DNA of 64,000 nt from Candidatus Latescibacterota bacterium (GCA_965226795.1 CBDDDZ010000005.1:1344001-1408000); one strand, 5' to 3'. Counted from the stretch's first letter, positions 1 to 10,136 are shown. Translations and numbers: made by a program. Notes: a model not told the origin generated them from the sequence alone.

Positions 1-1
1 C

Positions 2-70
2 GTGGAATTGCTGGTCCAGCCGCGTTTCGTAGAGATGGTGGCGCACCTCAGGGCCCTGCTGGCGGGCTAG
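2..70 (+). CDS. Partial CDS (3' end), probably a NitT/TauT-family ABC transporter ATP-binding subunit
   Basis: Reads VELLVQPRFVEMVAHLRALLAG* to TAG at 68-70; resembles the C-terminal tail of NitT/TauT ATPases and converges on the matching permease and binding-protein genes. Confidence 0.5.
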   Translation: MELLVQPRFVEMVAHLRALLAG

Positions 71-125
71 TGTTCTGTCCCGGAAATAGATTGCCGAATG
101 GTGACATATTTCTGGGACGGGACAC
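70..125 (+). repeat. 19-bp inverted repeat (hairpin) between convergent genes
   Basis: Arms GTGTTCTGTCCCGGAAATA (70-88) and TATTTCTGGGACGGGACAC (107-125); the three mismatches are all G-U pairs on the + strand. Confidence 0.75.
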
Positions 126-217
126 GCGATTCGCCTGGCCGCCGGGATAGGACGTCGACACAGACTACCTGTGTTGGGAGATTACGCGGTTCCGCCAGGA
201 AGACCGAAGTGCCACGA

Positions 218-1189
218 TCAGGGAACCGGCGGCAGCAGGTCGGCAACGAACAGCCGGGAAACTTCGATCTTTCTGGCGATCAGACCCAGATCGAACAGAA
301 TTTCCTGTGTGTGCGACCACCGTTCGGTGGTTTGCGCACCCAGCCCGAGGCGTTCAACGTCCGGGCTCATCAATATGGGGATGAGCTGTTCGAAATTGGC
401 CCGATTGAATTCGGCATTGCTTTCCGGGCGGTAGGCCGTATATGCGGCAACGGCATCTTCCGGGTTATCGACGGCGTAGCGCCAGCCCTTCATACTGGCG
501 TGGACGAATTTGCGCACGACGTCCGGGTTCTTTTTCAGATAGTCGACATTGGCAATGATGTTGGTGCTGTACAGGTCGATGCCGTATTGGGCAAACGAAA
601 TACGGGTTACCTCCCGACCCCGGAGTTCTACGGTTACTGGCTGGTCTTCGGTATAACCCAGCATGGCATCGACTTTTCCGGCAAGCAGAGGGGCGGGACT
701 GGATTCCGTCATTCCCATCAGCCGGACGCGGTCTTCATCGATGCCCACCTTTTTGAGAAAAGCTTGGAATTCCCGATGTTTGGTGCCCCCGACATTGACG
801 CCAACCCGTTTGCCGATAAGATCTTCCGGTATTCGGATGTTGTTCTCTTCCAACGCGTACACTACAACCGGCGAATGCTGGTTGATCACGGCGAGGGAGA
901 CCACGGGGATGTCTCTTGCGCGCGCGATCAGCGTGGCTGAGCCGCTGGAAATCCCGAGCTGATACTTGCCGCTGCCCACCAGGCGAGCGGTCGTAGGCGC
1001 CCCTGTACCTTCGAGAATCTCAACCGAGATCCCCTCGGCATGGTAATATCCCTTCGCTTTCGCCACAAAAAAGCCGGCGTGCTCCATCTGTGCTTTCCAG
1101 TCCAGAAGCAACTGAATCTGCTGAAATGTCTCCGGTGGTTTGCCGCAGGCGGTCAGAAAGGCGAAAAGCAGCCAGACCAGACGGTTCAT
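218..1189 (-). CDS. ABC transporter substrate-binding lipoprotein, NMT1/THI5-like (NitT/TauT family)
   Basis: Start moved to MNRLVWLL (GGAGG upstream); lipobox LTAC; LLLDW..Q.EHAGFFVAK.KGYY and DLIGKRVG motifs. Confidence 0.9.
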   Translation of the reverse strand: MNRLVWLLFAFLTACGKPPETFQQIQLLLDWKAQMEHAGFFVAKAKGYYHAEGISVEILEGTGAPTTARLVGSGKYQLGISSGSATLIARARDIPVVSLAVINQHSPVVVYALEENNIRIPEDLIGKRVGVNVGGTKHREFQAFLKKVGIDEDRVRLMGMTESSPAPLLAGKVDAMLGYTEDQPVTVELRGREVTRISFAQYGIDLYSTNIIANVDYLKKNPDVVRKFVHASMKGWRYAVDNPEDAVAAYTAYRPESNAEFNRANFEQLIPILMSPDVERLGLGAQTTERWSHTQEILFDLGLIARKIEVSRLFVADLLPPVP

Positions 1190-1211
1190 TGGAATCCTCC
1201 CGTGGGTTGTT

Positions 1212-2003
1212 CTATCGCCTGAGTGGTTCATGGAAATCGCCCCAGCGTCTGAGCAGGAGTTTTTCCAGGCCTTCCACAATCAAAAAAAGGAGCGTGCCCA
1301 TCGCGCCCAGCATAATCAGCGCGGCGAACATCAGATCCGTAGCCAGCTCGGAGTTGGCCAACCGCGTGAGGTGCCCCAGGCCGGCGCTGGCACCCACGAA
1401 TTCTCCCACAACCGCACCGATAACACTCAGGGTGACGCAGATTTTAAGGGCGGCAAAAAGATAAGGAATGGCGTTCGGCAGGCGGACTTTGATTAGAATC
1501 TGGCTCCGCCCCGCGGAAAGCGCCCGCATCAGATCCAGAATGAGCGGGTCCACGGCAAGCAGGCCGCGTGTCGTGTTGACAATGACAGGAAAAAAAGAAA
1601 TGAGCGCGGCGATAATCACCTTCGGGAACAGCCCGAGGCCGAACCAGACGATAAATAGCGGGGCCAGTGCTTCTTTTGGAAAGGTTTGGGAAGAGATGAC
1701 GATGGGATAGAGCATTCTCTCGATTATGGGAGAACGAGCCATGACAATAGCGCCGGCGACGCCCGTGCTGGCGCCGAGAAGAAAACCCCAGAGCGCTTCC
1801 TGCAGGGTCACCCAGGCATGGAACAAAAGCGTGTAGCGCGCCGAGATCAGTTTACCGAGGATTCGCGACGGCGCCGGCAGGATATAGTCTGCGATGTCCC
1901 ACGCAAACACCAGAACTTCCCATATGCCAAGCGTGAGGGATACGAAGAGCAGGGAGAGGCCGTACTCCCTGATGAGAAAGCGGACGACGTTGACCGGGAT
2001 CAC
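1212..2003 (-). CDS. ABC transporter permease (NitT/TauT family)
   Basis: Hydrophobic; ILPAPS, ALAPLFIVWFGLG, FFPVIVNT.RGL, KVRLPNAIP and GAVVGEFVGA motifs. Confidence 0.93.
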   Translation of the reverse strand: MIPVNVVRFLIREYGLSLLFVSLTLGIWEVLVFAWDIADYILPAPSRILGKLISARYTLLFHAWVTLQEALWGFLLGASTGVAGAIVMARSPIIERMLYPIVISSQTFPKEALAPLFIVWFGLGLFPKVIIAALISFFPVIVNTTRGLLAVDPLILDLMRALSAGRSQILIKVRLPNAIPYLFAALKICVTLSVIGAVVGEFVGASAGLGHLTRLANSELATDLMFAALIMLGAMGTLLFLIVEGLEKLLLRRWGDFHEPLRR

Positions 2004-2377
2004 GGTTCAAACAGAATGATCTGGGCCTGAATTGAGCCGGCCTGGTTCTGATATTCGGGGTTTTCGTTCATTGCCATATATAGCGGTCCTTCGTAGGGTG
2101 AGAAAAAGTCGAAATAGACCCCTGCAGCAAGGGCCGGATTATCCGAACCGACCCTGCAGATCAGGGCGCCTACGTTGGTGCCGGGCAGAAGATACTCGTC
2201 TCCGGCCAGGTTGCCTTCGATTCCATTCGCGCTGCACCAGACGATGGTGGCCGGACGCATCTCGGGCGACCATATGCCCTCGGCCGAAATGACGAGGCGA
2301 TGATCGCTTTGTATCCGCAGATACATCTCCTGCCAGATCGCATTTGGCCGGATGGTTTTGTTGATAGTCAGCGGCAT
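2000..2377 (-). CDS. LecA/PA-IL lectin-like protein
   Basis: Pattern NAIWQ...I.AEG.W...LLPG.NVGALI.RVG...LY.AMN....N..GSI resembles PA-IL-like domains; overlaps the permease start by 4 nt. Confidence 0.6.
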   Translation of the reverse strand: MPLTINKTIRPNAIWQEMYLRIQSDHRLVISAEGIWSPEMRPATIVWCSANGIEGNLAGDEYLLPGTNVGALICRVGSDNPALAAGVYFDFFSPYEGPLYMAMNENPEYQNQAGSIQAQIILFEP

Positions 2378-2427
2378 CGGGTATGTACTCGATCCTGTGT
2401 GCGAAAATGGATTTGGCTTGGCGCTAC

Positions 2428-2456
2428 AAGATAGGGCCTCGCAATGCCAATGTCAA
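2428..2456 (-). promoter_or_regulatory. Sigma70-type promoter for the lectin/ABC operon
   Basis: TTGACA-17 nt-TATCTT on the minus strand, about 50 nt upstream of the start codon. Confidence 0.6.
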
Positions 2457-2732
2457 GGAGGGAGGTCTTCATGCCCCACGTGTGGCGGCTGGCGTCTTTG
2501 GCTTTTGCCGAGGTGTATGGAGAACGTGCGGGACCCGGGCCGGATCGACTGTTTACCGATAGACGAACGAAAAGGAAGTGCTGCCGCGCAGTTGCAGGCT
2601 GCCGGGACCCGCACTCTGCCGTTCAGACTTCGCATGGCCCTGAATGAAACAGGGTAGACCGCACATGCCTGGACCCTCGTGCGATCCCTCGATGGCATTC
2701 CGGATAAAACCCAAACCGTGAAAGGTTGCACA

Positions 2733-4496
2733 ATGGAATTTCATCTGACTCTGGATTTCAGGGACGACTTCACCGCCAGCGCGATTCCATGGACCGCCGA
2801 ACGATTCCGGGAATACATACGCCTTGTGGCCGATCTGGGGATGGCGGGTATTCATTGGATTGAGATGGGGGACAAGGAGATGGGCAAATGGGATCGGGGT
2901 TCGTCTACCGATCTCAGGGGCAGAGCCCGCGAGTTCGTGGAGGCCGTTCCCAATCCCCTGGCGTTTCTGTGCGAGGAGGCGCATCGTGTCGGAATGAAAG
3001 TTTACGCCGTGCATAAGATCAACGATATGGCCAGTTTCGGCCCCGGTCGGTTCTATCCCCTGGGAACAGCACCCGATGTGATGCCGGGCATTCCCCAGAT
3101 CGGGGGATCGGGCCAGATGGCATTCCGATGGCTCCGTCAGCACCCGGATCGGAGGGTGGAGATCCACCCGTCTCAAATGGAAGCGGCGGGTATCCGGAAA
3201 CCCGTCGGGACCATCCGTCTCTGGCACGAAACCGATCGCCTGGGAAGGGTTCCGGGCATTGAGTTATTTGTGAGTGAGACGAATGCGCGTTACGTGCCCT
3301 ACAAGGGCGGCAGGGAACTCGACGTTTCCGTGCGAAGGCGAAAGCCACCAGTATATACGCCGGCGCCGGAAAGACGTTTCGGGCAGGAAGGGGATTTTGC
3401 CTGCATCGAAATCTCCGGCCTCGAGATATCGCAACCGTTTTTTTGTGTCCGCTTCGCAGATACACTCGGGCTTACCAACACACTTGCGGCACTCGTGGAA
3501 GTGGAGGACGTGGACGGAGAACCCGTCGTTTTGACGTGGGGATTCTGCCCCCGGTCGGATTATTCGAAATCTCTTGGCTCGTTCGAAGAAACCGGCATCG
3601 GGTTTGACGCCAACTGGCATGTGCCTTTCGAAGACCATCCCGGGGGTGCCGAATGGGAGTATTCGGCGGGAAGGTACCGGCTGAACGTGGATAAGGTTCC
3701 CTTTGTCGGAATTGCCCGCGGCAGAAACCGGTTTCTGTCCTCAGCGGTCGAACTCGGGTATCCTGACGTCAGACGCTGGTTGCTCGACATCGTTCAGTAT
3801 GAACTGGACGCGGGCTGCGACGGAGTGGACATTCGGGTGGAATGTCATACACAGAATATGGATTTCGAAAATTACGGATTCGGACAACCCATTGTCGAAG
3901 CGTTTCGGGATCGATACGGCGTGGATATAACGCGGGAATCATTCGACCGGAGCGACTGGCGGGAATTGCGGGGAGAATATTTCGATCTGTTTCTGAAGGA
4001 CGCATCTGATCTGATTCGGTCACGCGGCAAAGAACGATGGATACACCTGACTGGATATCCCGGCATGGATCGGCAGCCCCGGCAGCAGAGCCTCTATCAG
4101 AAGTACTGGAACTGGCGGAAATGGTTGGCGGAAGGCTGGGTGGACGTTGTGAATTTCAAGCGATTCCAGGCGAGGGGTCTTTCACCCGGGCAGCGGGGGG
4201 AAATTGACCGTTTCTATCGAAAGGCGCTGAACCACTGCAGGGATCTTGACCTGCGAATGGCCTACACCCCCGATCCGAGATACGAGGGCATGAGCGAGGA
4301 GGAATTCGTGGACATGGAACTGCGGAATATCCATCGTATCGCGCGGGACGGATTCGAAATCTACAATTTCTACGAGGGTTGTACCTATATTCGTCTGACT
4401 GAACACGGATTCAAAGTCGATGCCGGGAATTTATGGCGAAACGTCCGTGAATGGAGTGAGGCACACAATCGCGCACCGGGTCGTGACGGCTCTTAA
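2733..4496 (+). CDS. Hypothetical protein, glycoside hydrolase-like TIM barrel (GHL10-like) with an inserted domain
   Basis: Long ORF; LCEEAHRVGMKVYA, VRRWLLDIVQYELDAGCDGVDI, FRDRYGVD and W.KWLAEGWVD segments resemble GHL10-like folds; start set at MEFHL. Confidence 0.6.
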   Translation: MEFHLTLDFRDDFTASAIPWTAERFREYIRLVADLGMAGIHWIEMGDKEMGKWDRGSSTDLRGRAREFVEAVPNPLAFLCEEAHRVGMKVYAVHKINDMASFGPGRFYPLGTAPDVMPGIPQIGGSGQMAFRWLRQHPDRRVEIHPSQMEAAGIRKPVGTIRLWHETDRLGRVPGIELFVSETNARYVPYKGGRELDVSVRRRKPPVYTPAPERRFGQEGDFACIEISGLEISQPFFCVRFADTLGLTNTLAALVEVEDVDGEPVVLTWGFCPRSDYSKSLGSFEETGIGFDANWHVPFEDHPGGAEWEYSAGRYRLNVDKVPFVGIARGRNRFLSSAVELGYPDVRRWLLDIVQYELDAGCDGVDIRVECHTQNMDFENYGFGQPIVEAFRDRYGVDITRESFDRSDWRELRGEYFDLFLKDASDLIRSRGKERWIHLTGYPGMDRQPRQQSLYQKYWNWRKWLAEGWVDVVNFKRFQARGLSPGQRGEIDRFYRKALNHCRDLDLRMAYTPDPRYEGMSEEEFVDMELRNIHRIARDGFEIYNFYEGCTYIRLTEHGFKVDAGNLWRNVREWSEAHNRAPGRDGS

Positions 4497-4537
4497 CCAC
4501 ACAACCGCGGTCTCGGCACAAAAGAGGGGATGCCTGA

Positions 4538-6088
4538 ATGATGCAGAATGAAGTTATCGAAGTGGGATCCGGAAAGCAGTTGTTCGTGGATTCGAAGTTC
4601 GTTGCGTCCAGTGAGGGTGTCGCCTTTGTAATGAACCCGCCGTACCAGGCGGACGAACCGGTACTGATGCCGGATCAAACCTGGGAACGGCGGCCTGGAG
4701 CGAGTTACGGAATTTATAGCAGCATTCTAAAGGACGCAGACGGAAGGATACGCGCCTGGTATCACGTTCGCATCGGCGACTACCGTTCCGGTAAAGACGA
4801 GGCCCACGTGGCCTACGCCGAGTCCGCCGATGGCATCCATTTCACCAAGCCGGTCCTGGACCTGTTTGAGTCCAACGGAACAACGCATAATAACGTTATC
4901 ATCCATGGCGATATAGGGGGAAGTTCCGTGTGGATCGATCCTCACGCACCGCCCGAGGTTCGTTACAAGACCCAGGCGAAAGTCTATTCGCCGCCCGAGG
5001 TATGGGGGCATCTGCACATGCACGGGTCGCCCGACGGGATTCACTGGAAGCTGGTGCGCGACATCGAGCTCAGTCGCGGCGGGTGGGATACGCAAACCAT
5101 CGTCTTCTGGGATCCGCCGGTCGGGCGCTACGTAATGTATACCCGACACTGGTTTGCAAAGCGGCACGGGACCGCCGGAGGAAATATAAACTACCGGACG
5201 GTGCGCAGGCTGGAGTCCGACGACCTGCTTGAATGGGGCAATCAGCGAATTGTAATGCGCCCCGACGACGTGGATATGGACACCTATGAGACGCCCGTTC
5301 CCCTTCGACCTGAGGGACCGGAACGCCCTTACGGTCGGGTACCGGTCGACTACTACGGTGCTTCGGTCTTCAAATATCCGGACCCTGAGGGTGTGTATGT
5401 CATGCTGGCCAACGCAAACTGGTATTGGTACGACCGCGAGCCGATTGTCACAGTCATGCGCGATGATATGGGCGTCGCGCGTGAAGAGACCCAGAATATC
5501 TATGGTCCCAGCCGCTTCGACGCCCGGCTGTCCGTAAGCCGGGACGGCATCAACTTTCAGCGATGCGGCGGGCGCAAGGCCTTCCTGACGCCCGGCAAGG
5601 AGGGGAGTTTCTCTTCCCGCATGGTATGGGCGACGCCGAGTCCCGTACCGATGGGGGACGAGTTGTGGATTTACTACAGCGGTACAAACAGGGATCACGA
5701 CGGCGTTGTGGATCCGTCGGCTGGAAGGCATCTCAGCGGTATCGGCCGTGCCGTGATGCGGTTGGATGGATTCGTATCCGCGGACGCCGACTACGGAGGC
5801 GGCGAACTTGCCACACCGGCAATTCGATTTGAGGGGGCGCAACTGCAATTGAACCTGGATACCGGCGGGGGAGGCTCGGTGAAGGTGGAGTTGCAGGATC
5901 ATCAGGGCCGGCCGTTAACGAATTATACCGAATCGGACGCCTCATTTTTGTGCGGCAACTCCGTACGGATGCCCGTGCGGTGGGGCGAGAGGACGGAGGT
6001 CGGCGAGTTGTCGGGGAGGCCGATCAGGATACGCTTTGTCATGCGCGACTGCAAGCTGTATGCGTTTCAATTCACGTCGTCCGGTTGA
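4538..6088 (+). CDS. Hypothetical protein, beta-propeller glycosidase-like with a C-terminal beta domain
   Basis: KQLFVD N-terminus; Asp-box-like repeats AES.DGIHF, GSPDGIHW, ESDDLLEW, SRDGINF; MRLDGFVS and KLYAFQF tail. Confidence 0.7.
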   Translation: MMQNEVIEVGSGKQLFVDSKFVASSEGVAFVMNPPYQADEPVLMPDQTWERRPGASYGIYSSILKDADGRIRAWYHVRIGDYRSGKDEAHVAYAESADGIHFTKPVLDLFESNGTTHNNVIIHGDIGGSSVWIDPHAPPEVRYKTQAKVYSPPEVWGHLHMHGSPDGIHWKLVRDIELSRGGWDTQTIVFWDPPVGRYVMYTRHWFAKRHGTAGGNINYRTVRRLESDDLLEWGNQRIVMRPDDVDMDTYETPVPLRPEGPERPYGRVPVDYYGASVFKYPDPEGVYVMLANANWYWYDREPIVTVMRDDMGVAREETQNIYGPSRFDARLSVSRDGINFQRCGGRKAFLTPGKEGSFSSRMVWATPSPVPMGDELWIYYSGTNRDHDGVVDPSAGRHLSGIGRAVMRLDGFVSADADYGGGELATPAIRFEGAQLQLNLDTGGGGSVKVELQDHQGRPLTNYTESDASFLCGNSVRMPVRWGERTEVGELSGRPIRIRFVMRDCKLYAFQFTSSG

Positions 6089-6174
6089 TTCCGTGAGCTT
6101 CGCTGAGGAACTCGCTGAGACAGGTCGGCCGATGGCCAGGCCATTTCGTTCTTGCAATCGACTCGGTGAACGAT

Positions 6175-7014
6175 CTACCAGGCATGTTTCTCCAGAAGTG
6201 CCTTGCTCTTGAGTACACCCTCGTGATCGTCTGTTCTGCCCTCGTATTCGATCCCGTAGGGGTTGTTGTAGCCCGCCTCCCTGAGGATGCCGATGGCGGC
6301 GGCGCAGTCGATTTCCTTTGATTCGCCGTCCGCCGAGAAGCTGAGGAATTTCGCGTGGGTCGCCCATGCGTACGGGGCGACCTTGCTGAGGTTTTCCAGC
6401 TTGTCGTCTTCGGCCGGCCAGTTGAGGAAATCGGCTAGGACCCGGCAGTGGTCGCTTCCGACCGCGTCCATGATCCGCAGGATGTTTGCCGCGGATCGCG
6501 ACACGCCCCCGTGATTCTCCATCAGCAGTCGGATGCCCGCCGGGGCGCAAAGTTCCGAGAGTTCGCCAAAACTGTTGATACACTGTTTAATATGTGTTTC
6601 GTTGGCGGGTTCGCCCCGGCCGGGGCCGCTGTTGGCGCGAAACGCGTTGCAACCCAGCGCCAGGCATGCATCGATCCATTTTCTGTGGTTCTCTACGGCT
6701 TGTTTCCGTTCCCTTTCGTCCGGAGATGAAAGGTCGCCGTGGCCGTCCACCGCAATGTTAAGCAACCGTACGCCGGCATCCTCCGCACGTTGACGCAGTT
6801 CGAAGAGATATCCATCGGCCAGACGACTGGTCGCGGGGCTGTCCGGATCGGCGTAGACAAAGAAGGGGCTGTTGAGTTCCAAGAGACGAATGTCGAATTC
6901 ATCAACGGTAAGAGCTGGAAAGTCGAGGAGACGCAGGGGGTTATCGGAATTCCTGAACCGCCGTTGAATGCTCCAGCCCGCGAGTGAGATTTCCATGGCG
7001 GTTGCCTCCGTCAT
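6175..7014 (-). CDS. Sugar phosphate isomerase/epimerase (xylose isomerase-like TIM barrel)
   Basis: LMENHGG, LADF.NW, HAKF and GIEYEG metal-binding motifs. Confidence 0.88.
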   Translation of the reverse strand: MTEATAMEISLAGWSIQRRFRNSDNPLRLLDFPALTVDEFDIRLLELNSPFFVYADPDSPATSRLADGYLFELRQRAEDAGVRLLNIAVDGHGDLSSPDERERKQAVENHRKWIDACLALGCNAFRANSGPGRGEPANETHIKQCINSFGELSELCAPAGIRLLMENHGGVSRSAANILRIMDAVGSDHCRVLADFLNWPAEDDKLENLSKVAPYAWATHAKFLSFSADGESKEIDCAAAIGILREAGYNNPYGIEYEGRTDDHEGVLKSKALLEKHAW

Positions 7015-7225
7015 TGGTTTGGGTTTGCTCTTGCTTTTGCAACGGAGTGGGAATATAATATTCCGCCGTAGGCTTTGCCAGCGCTTCCTGTGCTTCCGGT
7101 CAGCCGTCGCTGGACCGGAATTGGAAGCGCTCGATCCACGGGTCGCACAAACCGACCGATAGACCCGCGTGAACGGACTTCTTCACCGATGTGCATTTTC
7201 GCCCCTGCAATCGAAAGGAAATCTC

Positions 7226-8794
7226 GTGAAAGGCATGGTTACCGCGCCCCAGCCGTTGGCGGTAGACGCCGGCGTTAAGGTGCTGGCCGATGGAGGGAAT
7301 GCCGTTGACGCGGCCGTGGCGGCGGCATTTGTTCAGATGGTGACGACGCCGCGCAGCTGTGGAGTCGGCGGCTTCGGAATGATGTACATTCATACCCGGG
7401 AAACGGATACGATTCTGGATTTCCACGGGAAAGCCGGCGCACGGGTCCGATCCGATATGTGGGAGCATGACATCATCAGCGAGAACGCCTCGGGGTATGG
7501 ATACACGCTCAGGGGGCAGGTCAACGAACTCGGCTATGGCGCGGTTACGACACCCGGTACGGTGGCCGGCCTTTACAGAGCCCAGACGGATTTCGGGACC
7601 TTGCCGTGGCGGGAGGCTCTCCAACCGGGCATCGCGGTTGCAACGGACGGATTCGAGGTGACCCGCGCGGGGGCGGCGTCGTGGAAACGGATACCGACTC
7701 CCGAGTCGACTCCGTGGCAAACAGTGGCGACGTCGCCCTACGAGGGCGGGGGTGAGTTGATCGCCAACCCGGAAATGGCCAGGACATTCTCAATTCTGGC
7801 CGAAGGCGGCGCCGAAGTTTTCTATCGCGGGGATGTGGCCACGGCAATCGCCGAGGATATGGAAAAGGGCGGCGGATTCGTGACGCTGGAAGATCTTGAA
7901 CGTTACAAGGTTACGGTTACCCGGCCACTGCATTCACGGTATCGGGAATATACCGTCGCCTCCAATCAGCCTCCCGGAGGGGGGCTGACCATTCTGCAGA
8001 TGCTCAAGATCCTTGAGGGTTACAACCTGGCGGATATGGAATACCTGTCGCCGGAGTATGTGTACACTGTATCGATGGCGATGAAGGCCGCCTGGACGGA
8101 CCGGGCGAATCTGATTGGGGACCCCGCATTCGTGGACGTGCCGGTTGACGACTTGCTGTGCGAGAAACGCGCGGCGGCGTGGCGGCGGCGCATCGACGCC
8201 CGGGAGAAAATCACTATCCCTCGATGGCATCCGCCGGAGCCTCCGTGTACCACGCATATCTCCGTTGTGGACAAATGGCGCAACGTTGTGGGCCTGACGC
8301 ACTCGCTGGGTTCGGGTTCAGATGTGATTACCCCGGGATTGGGGTTCATGTACAATAACTGTATGAATTGTTTCAACCCCGTGCCCGGGCAGGTGAGTTC
8401 CATCGAACCGGGCAAATCAAGAACAACGGGAATGGCGCCGACACTGGTGAAAATGGGTGACGACCCCTTCTTCAGTGTGGGCGCGCCCGGGGGTACACGG
8501 ATTGTGACCGGGATTCTCCACGCAATTCTGAACGTGATCGACCAGAGAATGACGGCGACCGAGGCCATCGCGGCCCCCCGGTTTGATTGCCAGAGTGACG
8601 TGATTGTCGCCCACTCCAGAATTGCTCCTTCCGTATGTGAAGGCGTGCGAGCGATGGGCCACGGAATTCATTCCATGCTGGACGGCTACGGTGGTATTGC
8701 GTCGGTGCATGGTATCATTCTCGATCCGTCAACGGGAGCCCTCGACGGCGGGGCGGATCCCGGTTCACCGGGAATGGCGATGGCGGCAATTTGA
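7226..8794 (+). CDS. ggt: Gamma-glutamyltransferase family protein
   Basis: GGNAVDAAVA, PGTVAGL, catalytic TTHISVVD, GAPGG.RI, AI.APRF and GGADP; start set at GTG 7226 after AAAGGAA. Confidence 0.93.
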   Translation: MKGMVTAPQPLAVDAGVKVLADGGNAVDAAVAAAFVQMVTTPRSCGVGGFGMMYIHTRETDTILDFHGKAGARVRSDMWEHDIISENASGYGYTLRGQVNELGYGAVTTPGTVAGLYRAQTDFGTLPWREALQPGIAVATDGFEVTRAGAASWKRIPTPESTPWQTVATSPYEGGGELIANPEMARTFSILAEGGAEVFYRGDVATAIAEDMEKGGGFVTLEDLERYKVTVTRPLHSRYREYTVASNQPPGGGLTILQMLKILEGYNLADMEYLSPEYVYTVSMAMKAAWTDRANLIGDPAFVDVPVDDLLCEKRAAAWRRRIDAREKITIPRWHPPEPPCTTHISVVDKWRNVVGLTHSLGSGSDVITPGLGFMYNNCMNCFNPVPGQVSSIEPGKSRTTGMAPTLVKMGDDPFFSVGAPGGTRIVTGILHAILNVIDQRMTATEAIAAPRFDCQSDVIVAHSRIAPSVCEGVRAMGHGIHSMLDGYGGIASVHGIILDPSTGALDGGADPGSPGMAMAAI

Positions 8795-8936
8795 GAATGA
8801 GACGTAAATCACACCGGCCGTTGCCATATTTACCACCCTCGCCGCGGTGCGGGGCTGGGGTCATCATTCTTCCTCAGGTCAAGCGAGAAGGTGGTTCATC
8901 GTCACATGAGCAGTGAAAACAGAGAGAGGAAACGTA

Positions 8937-10136
8937 ATGTTCGAAGCGTTGGAGATGGCGCCCGCAGATCCGATTCTGGGATTGACCGCGGTATATAGTG
9001 CAGATACCAATCCCAACCGGATCAATCTCGGCGTTGGTGTCTATAAAGACGATGACGGCAACACGCCCGTTTTCCGTGCGGTGCAAAATGGGGAAGCACG
9101 GATTCTCGAACGGCAGACCACAAAGAACTATCTGCCGATTTCGGGCGGCCCGGAATATGCCGCCGCAGTACAGGCCCTGTTGTTCGGCCCAGGTCATGAA
9201 ATCGTTACAGGAAAACGGGCGGCAACCGTACATGCGCCGGGCGGGACAGGGGGATTGCGGGTTGCCGGCGATTTCATTCACAAGCTGTTTCCGGACGCCA
9301 GGATCTGGCTGAGCGATCCGACCTGGGCGAATCATCCCAATGTTTACAGACACGCAGGGGTCGCCATCGAGACGTATCCTTATTTCGAAAAGGATACAAA
9401 CGATCTGGATTTCCCCGCCATGCTCAATGCCCTGAGCGCGGTTCCGGAGGGAGATGTCGTACTGTTGCACGGCTGTTGTCACAACCCGACGGGTATCGAT
9501 CCCGCGCCCGAACAGTGGACGCAGATCGCGGATGTGGCCGGCGCTCGCGGTTGGATCCCGCTTGTCGACCTCGCCTACCAGGGGCTGGGGCATGGGCTCG
9601 AGCAGGATAGGCAGGGATTGAGGGCGCTGTGCCGGTCGGGCGCCGAGTTGATGGTGTCCAGTTCGTTTTCAAAGAACTTCGGACTCTATAACGAGCGGGT
9701 CGGCGCGTTGACCCTCGTGGCGTCGTCTCCTGAGGCGGCAAGGGCGTTGATGAGCCAGGTGATGATCTGCATCCGGGCCAACTATTCGAATCCGCCGGCC
9801 CATGGCGCGGCCATCGTCACGGAGGTGCTGAACGATTCCGGTCTTCGCAGCCAATGGGAGGGCGAGGTGAAGGAGATGCGGAACCGGATCAACCGCATGC
9901 GGGCTTTATTTGTGGATACCCTGGAACGGAAGGGTGTTCGTCGCGATTTCTCCTTCATCGCCCGGCAGCGGGGAATGTTCTCGTTCTCGGGCTTGAATAG
10001 CGAACAGGTGGATGCCCTTCGAGAGGAATATTCAATCTACATGGTGGGTTCGGGGCGGATTAACGTGGCGGGCATCACGGCTGCGAACGTGGACTATCTC
10101 TGTGAATCGATTGCCGTGGTGTTGCGGGCAGCGTAA
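8937..10136 (+). CDS. aspC: Aspartate/aromatic amino acid aminotransferase (class I)
   Basis: DPILGL, NLGVGVYKD, HGCCHNPTG, PLP lysine motif SFSKNFGLYNERVG, GRINVAG. Confidence 0.93.
   Translation: MFEALEMAPADPILGLTAVYSADTNPNRINLGVGVYKDDDGNTPVFRAVQNGEARILERQTTKNYLPISGGPEYAAAVQALLFGPGHEIVTGKRAATVHAPGGTGGLRVAGDFIHKLFPDARIWLSDPTWANHPNVYRHAGVAIETYPYFEKDTNDLDFPAMLNALSAVPEGDVVLLHGCCHNPTGIDPAPEQWTQIADVAGARGWIPLVDLAYQGLGHGLEQDRQGLRALCRSGAELMVSSSFSKNFGLYNERVGALTLVASSPEAARALMSQVMICIRANYSNPPAHGAAIVTEVLNDSGLRSQWEGEVKEMRNRINRMRALFVDTLERKGVRRDFSFIARQRGMFSFSGLNSEQVDALREEYSIYMVGSGRINVAGITAANVDYLCESIAVVLRAA

Noticed and set aside
182..220. Possible UGA readthrough at the end of the ABC substrate-binding gene
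   Set aside because: The domain is already complete, and there is no Cys/Sec-type motif or convincing SECIS hairpin
98..940. Long antisense or overlapping ORFs (for example 98-940, 4727-5902, 33564-34433, 45559-46848)
   Set aside because: They shadow well-supported genes, have no recognisable motifs, and are expected in GC-rich DNA
2471..2647. 58-codon ORF behind a strong AAGGAGGGAGGT Shine-Dalgarno-like sequence
   Set aside because: No recognisable protein features, and the purine run abuts the -35 element of the divergent promoter; cannot be supported without homology data
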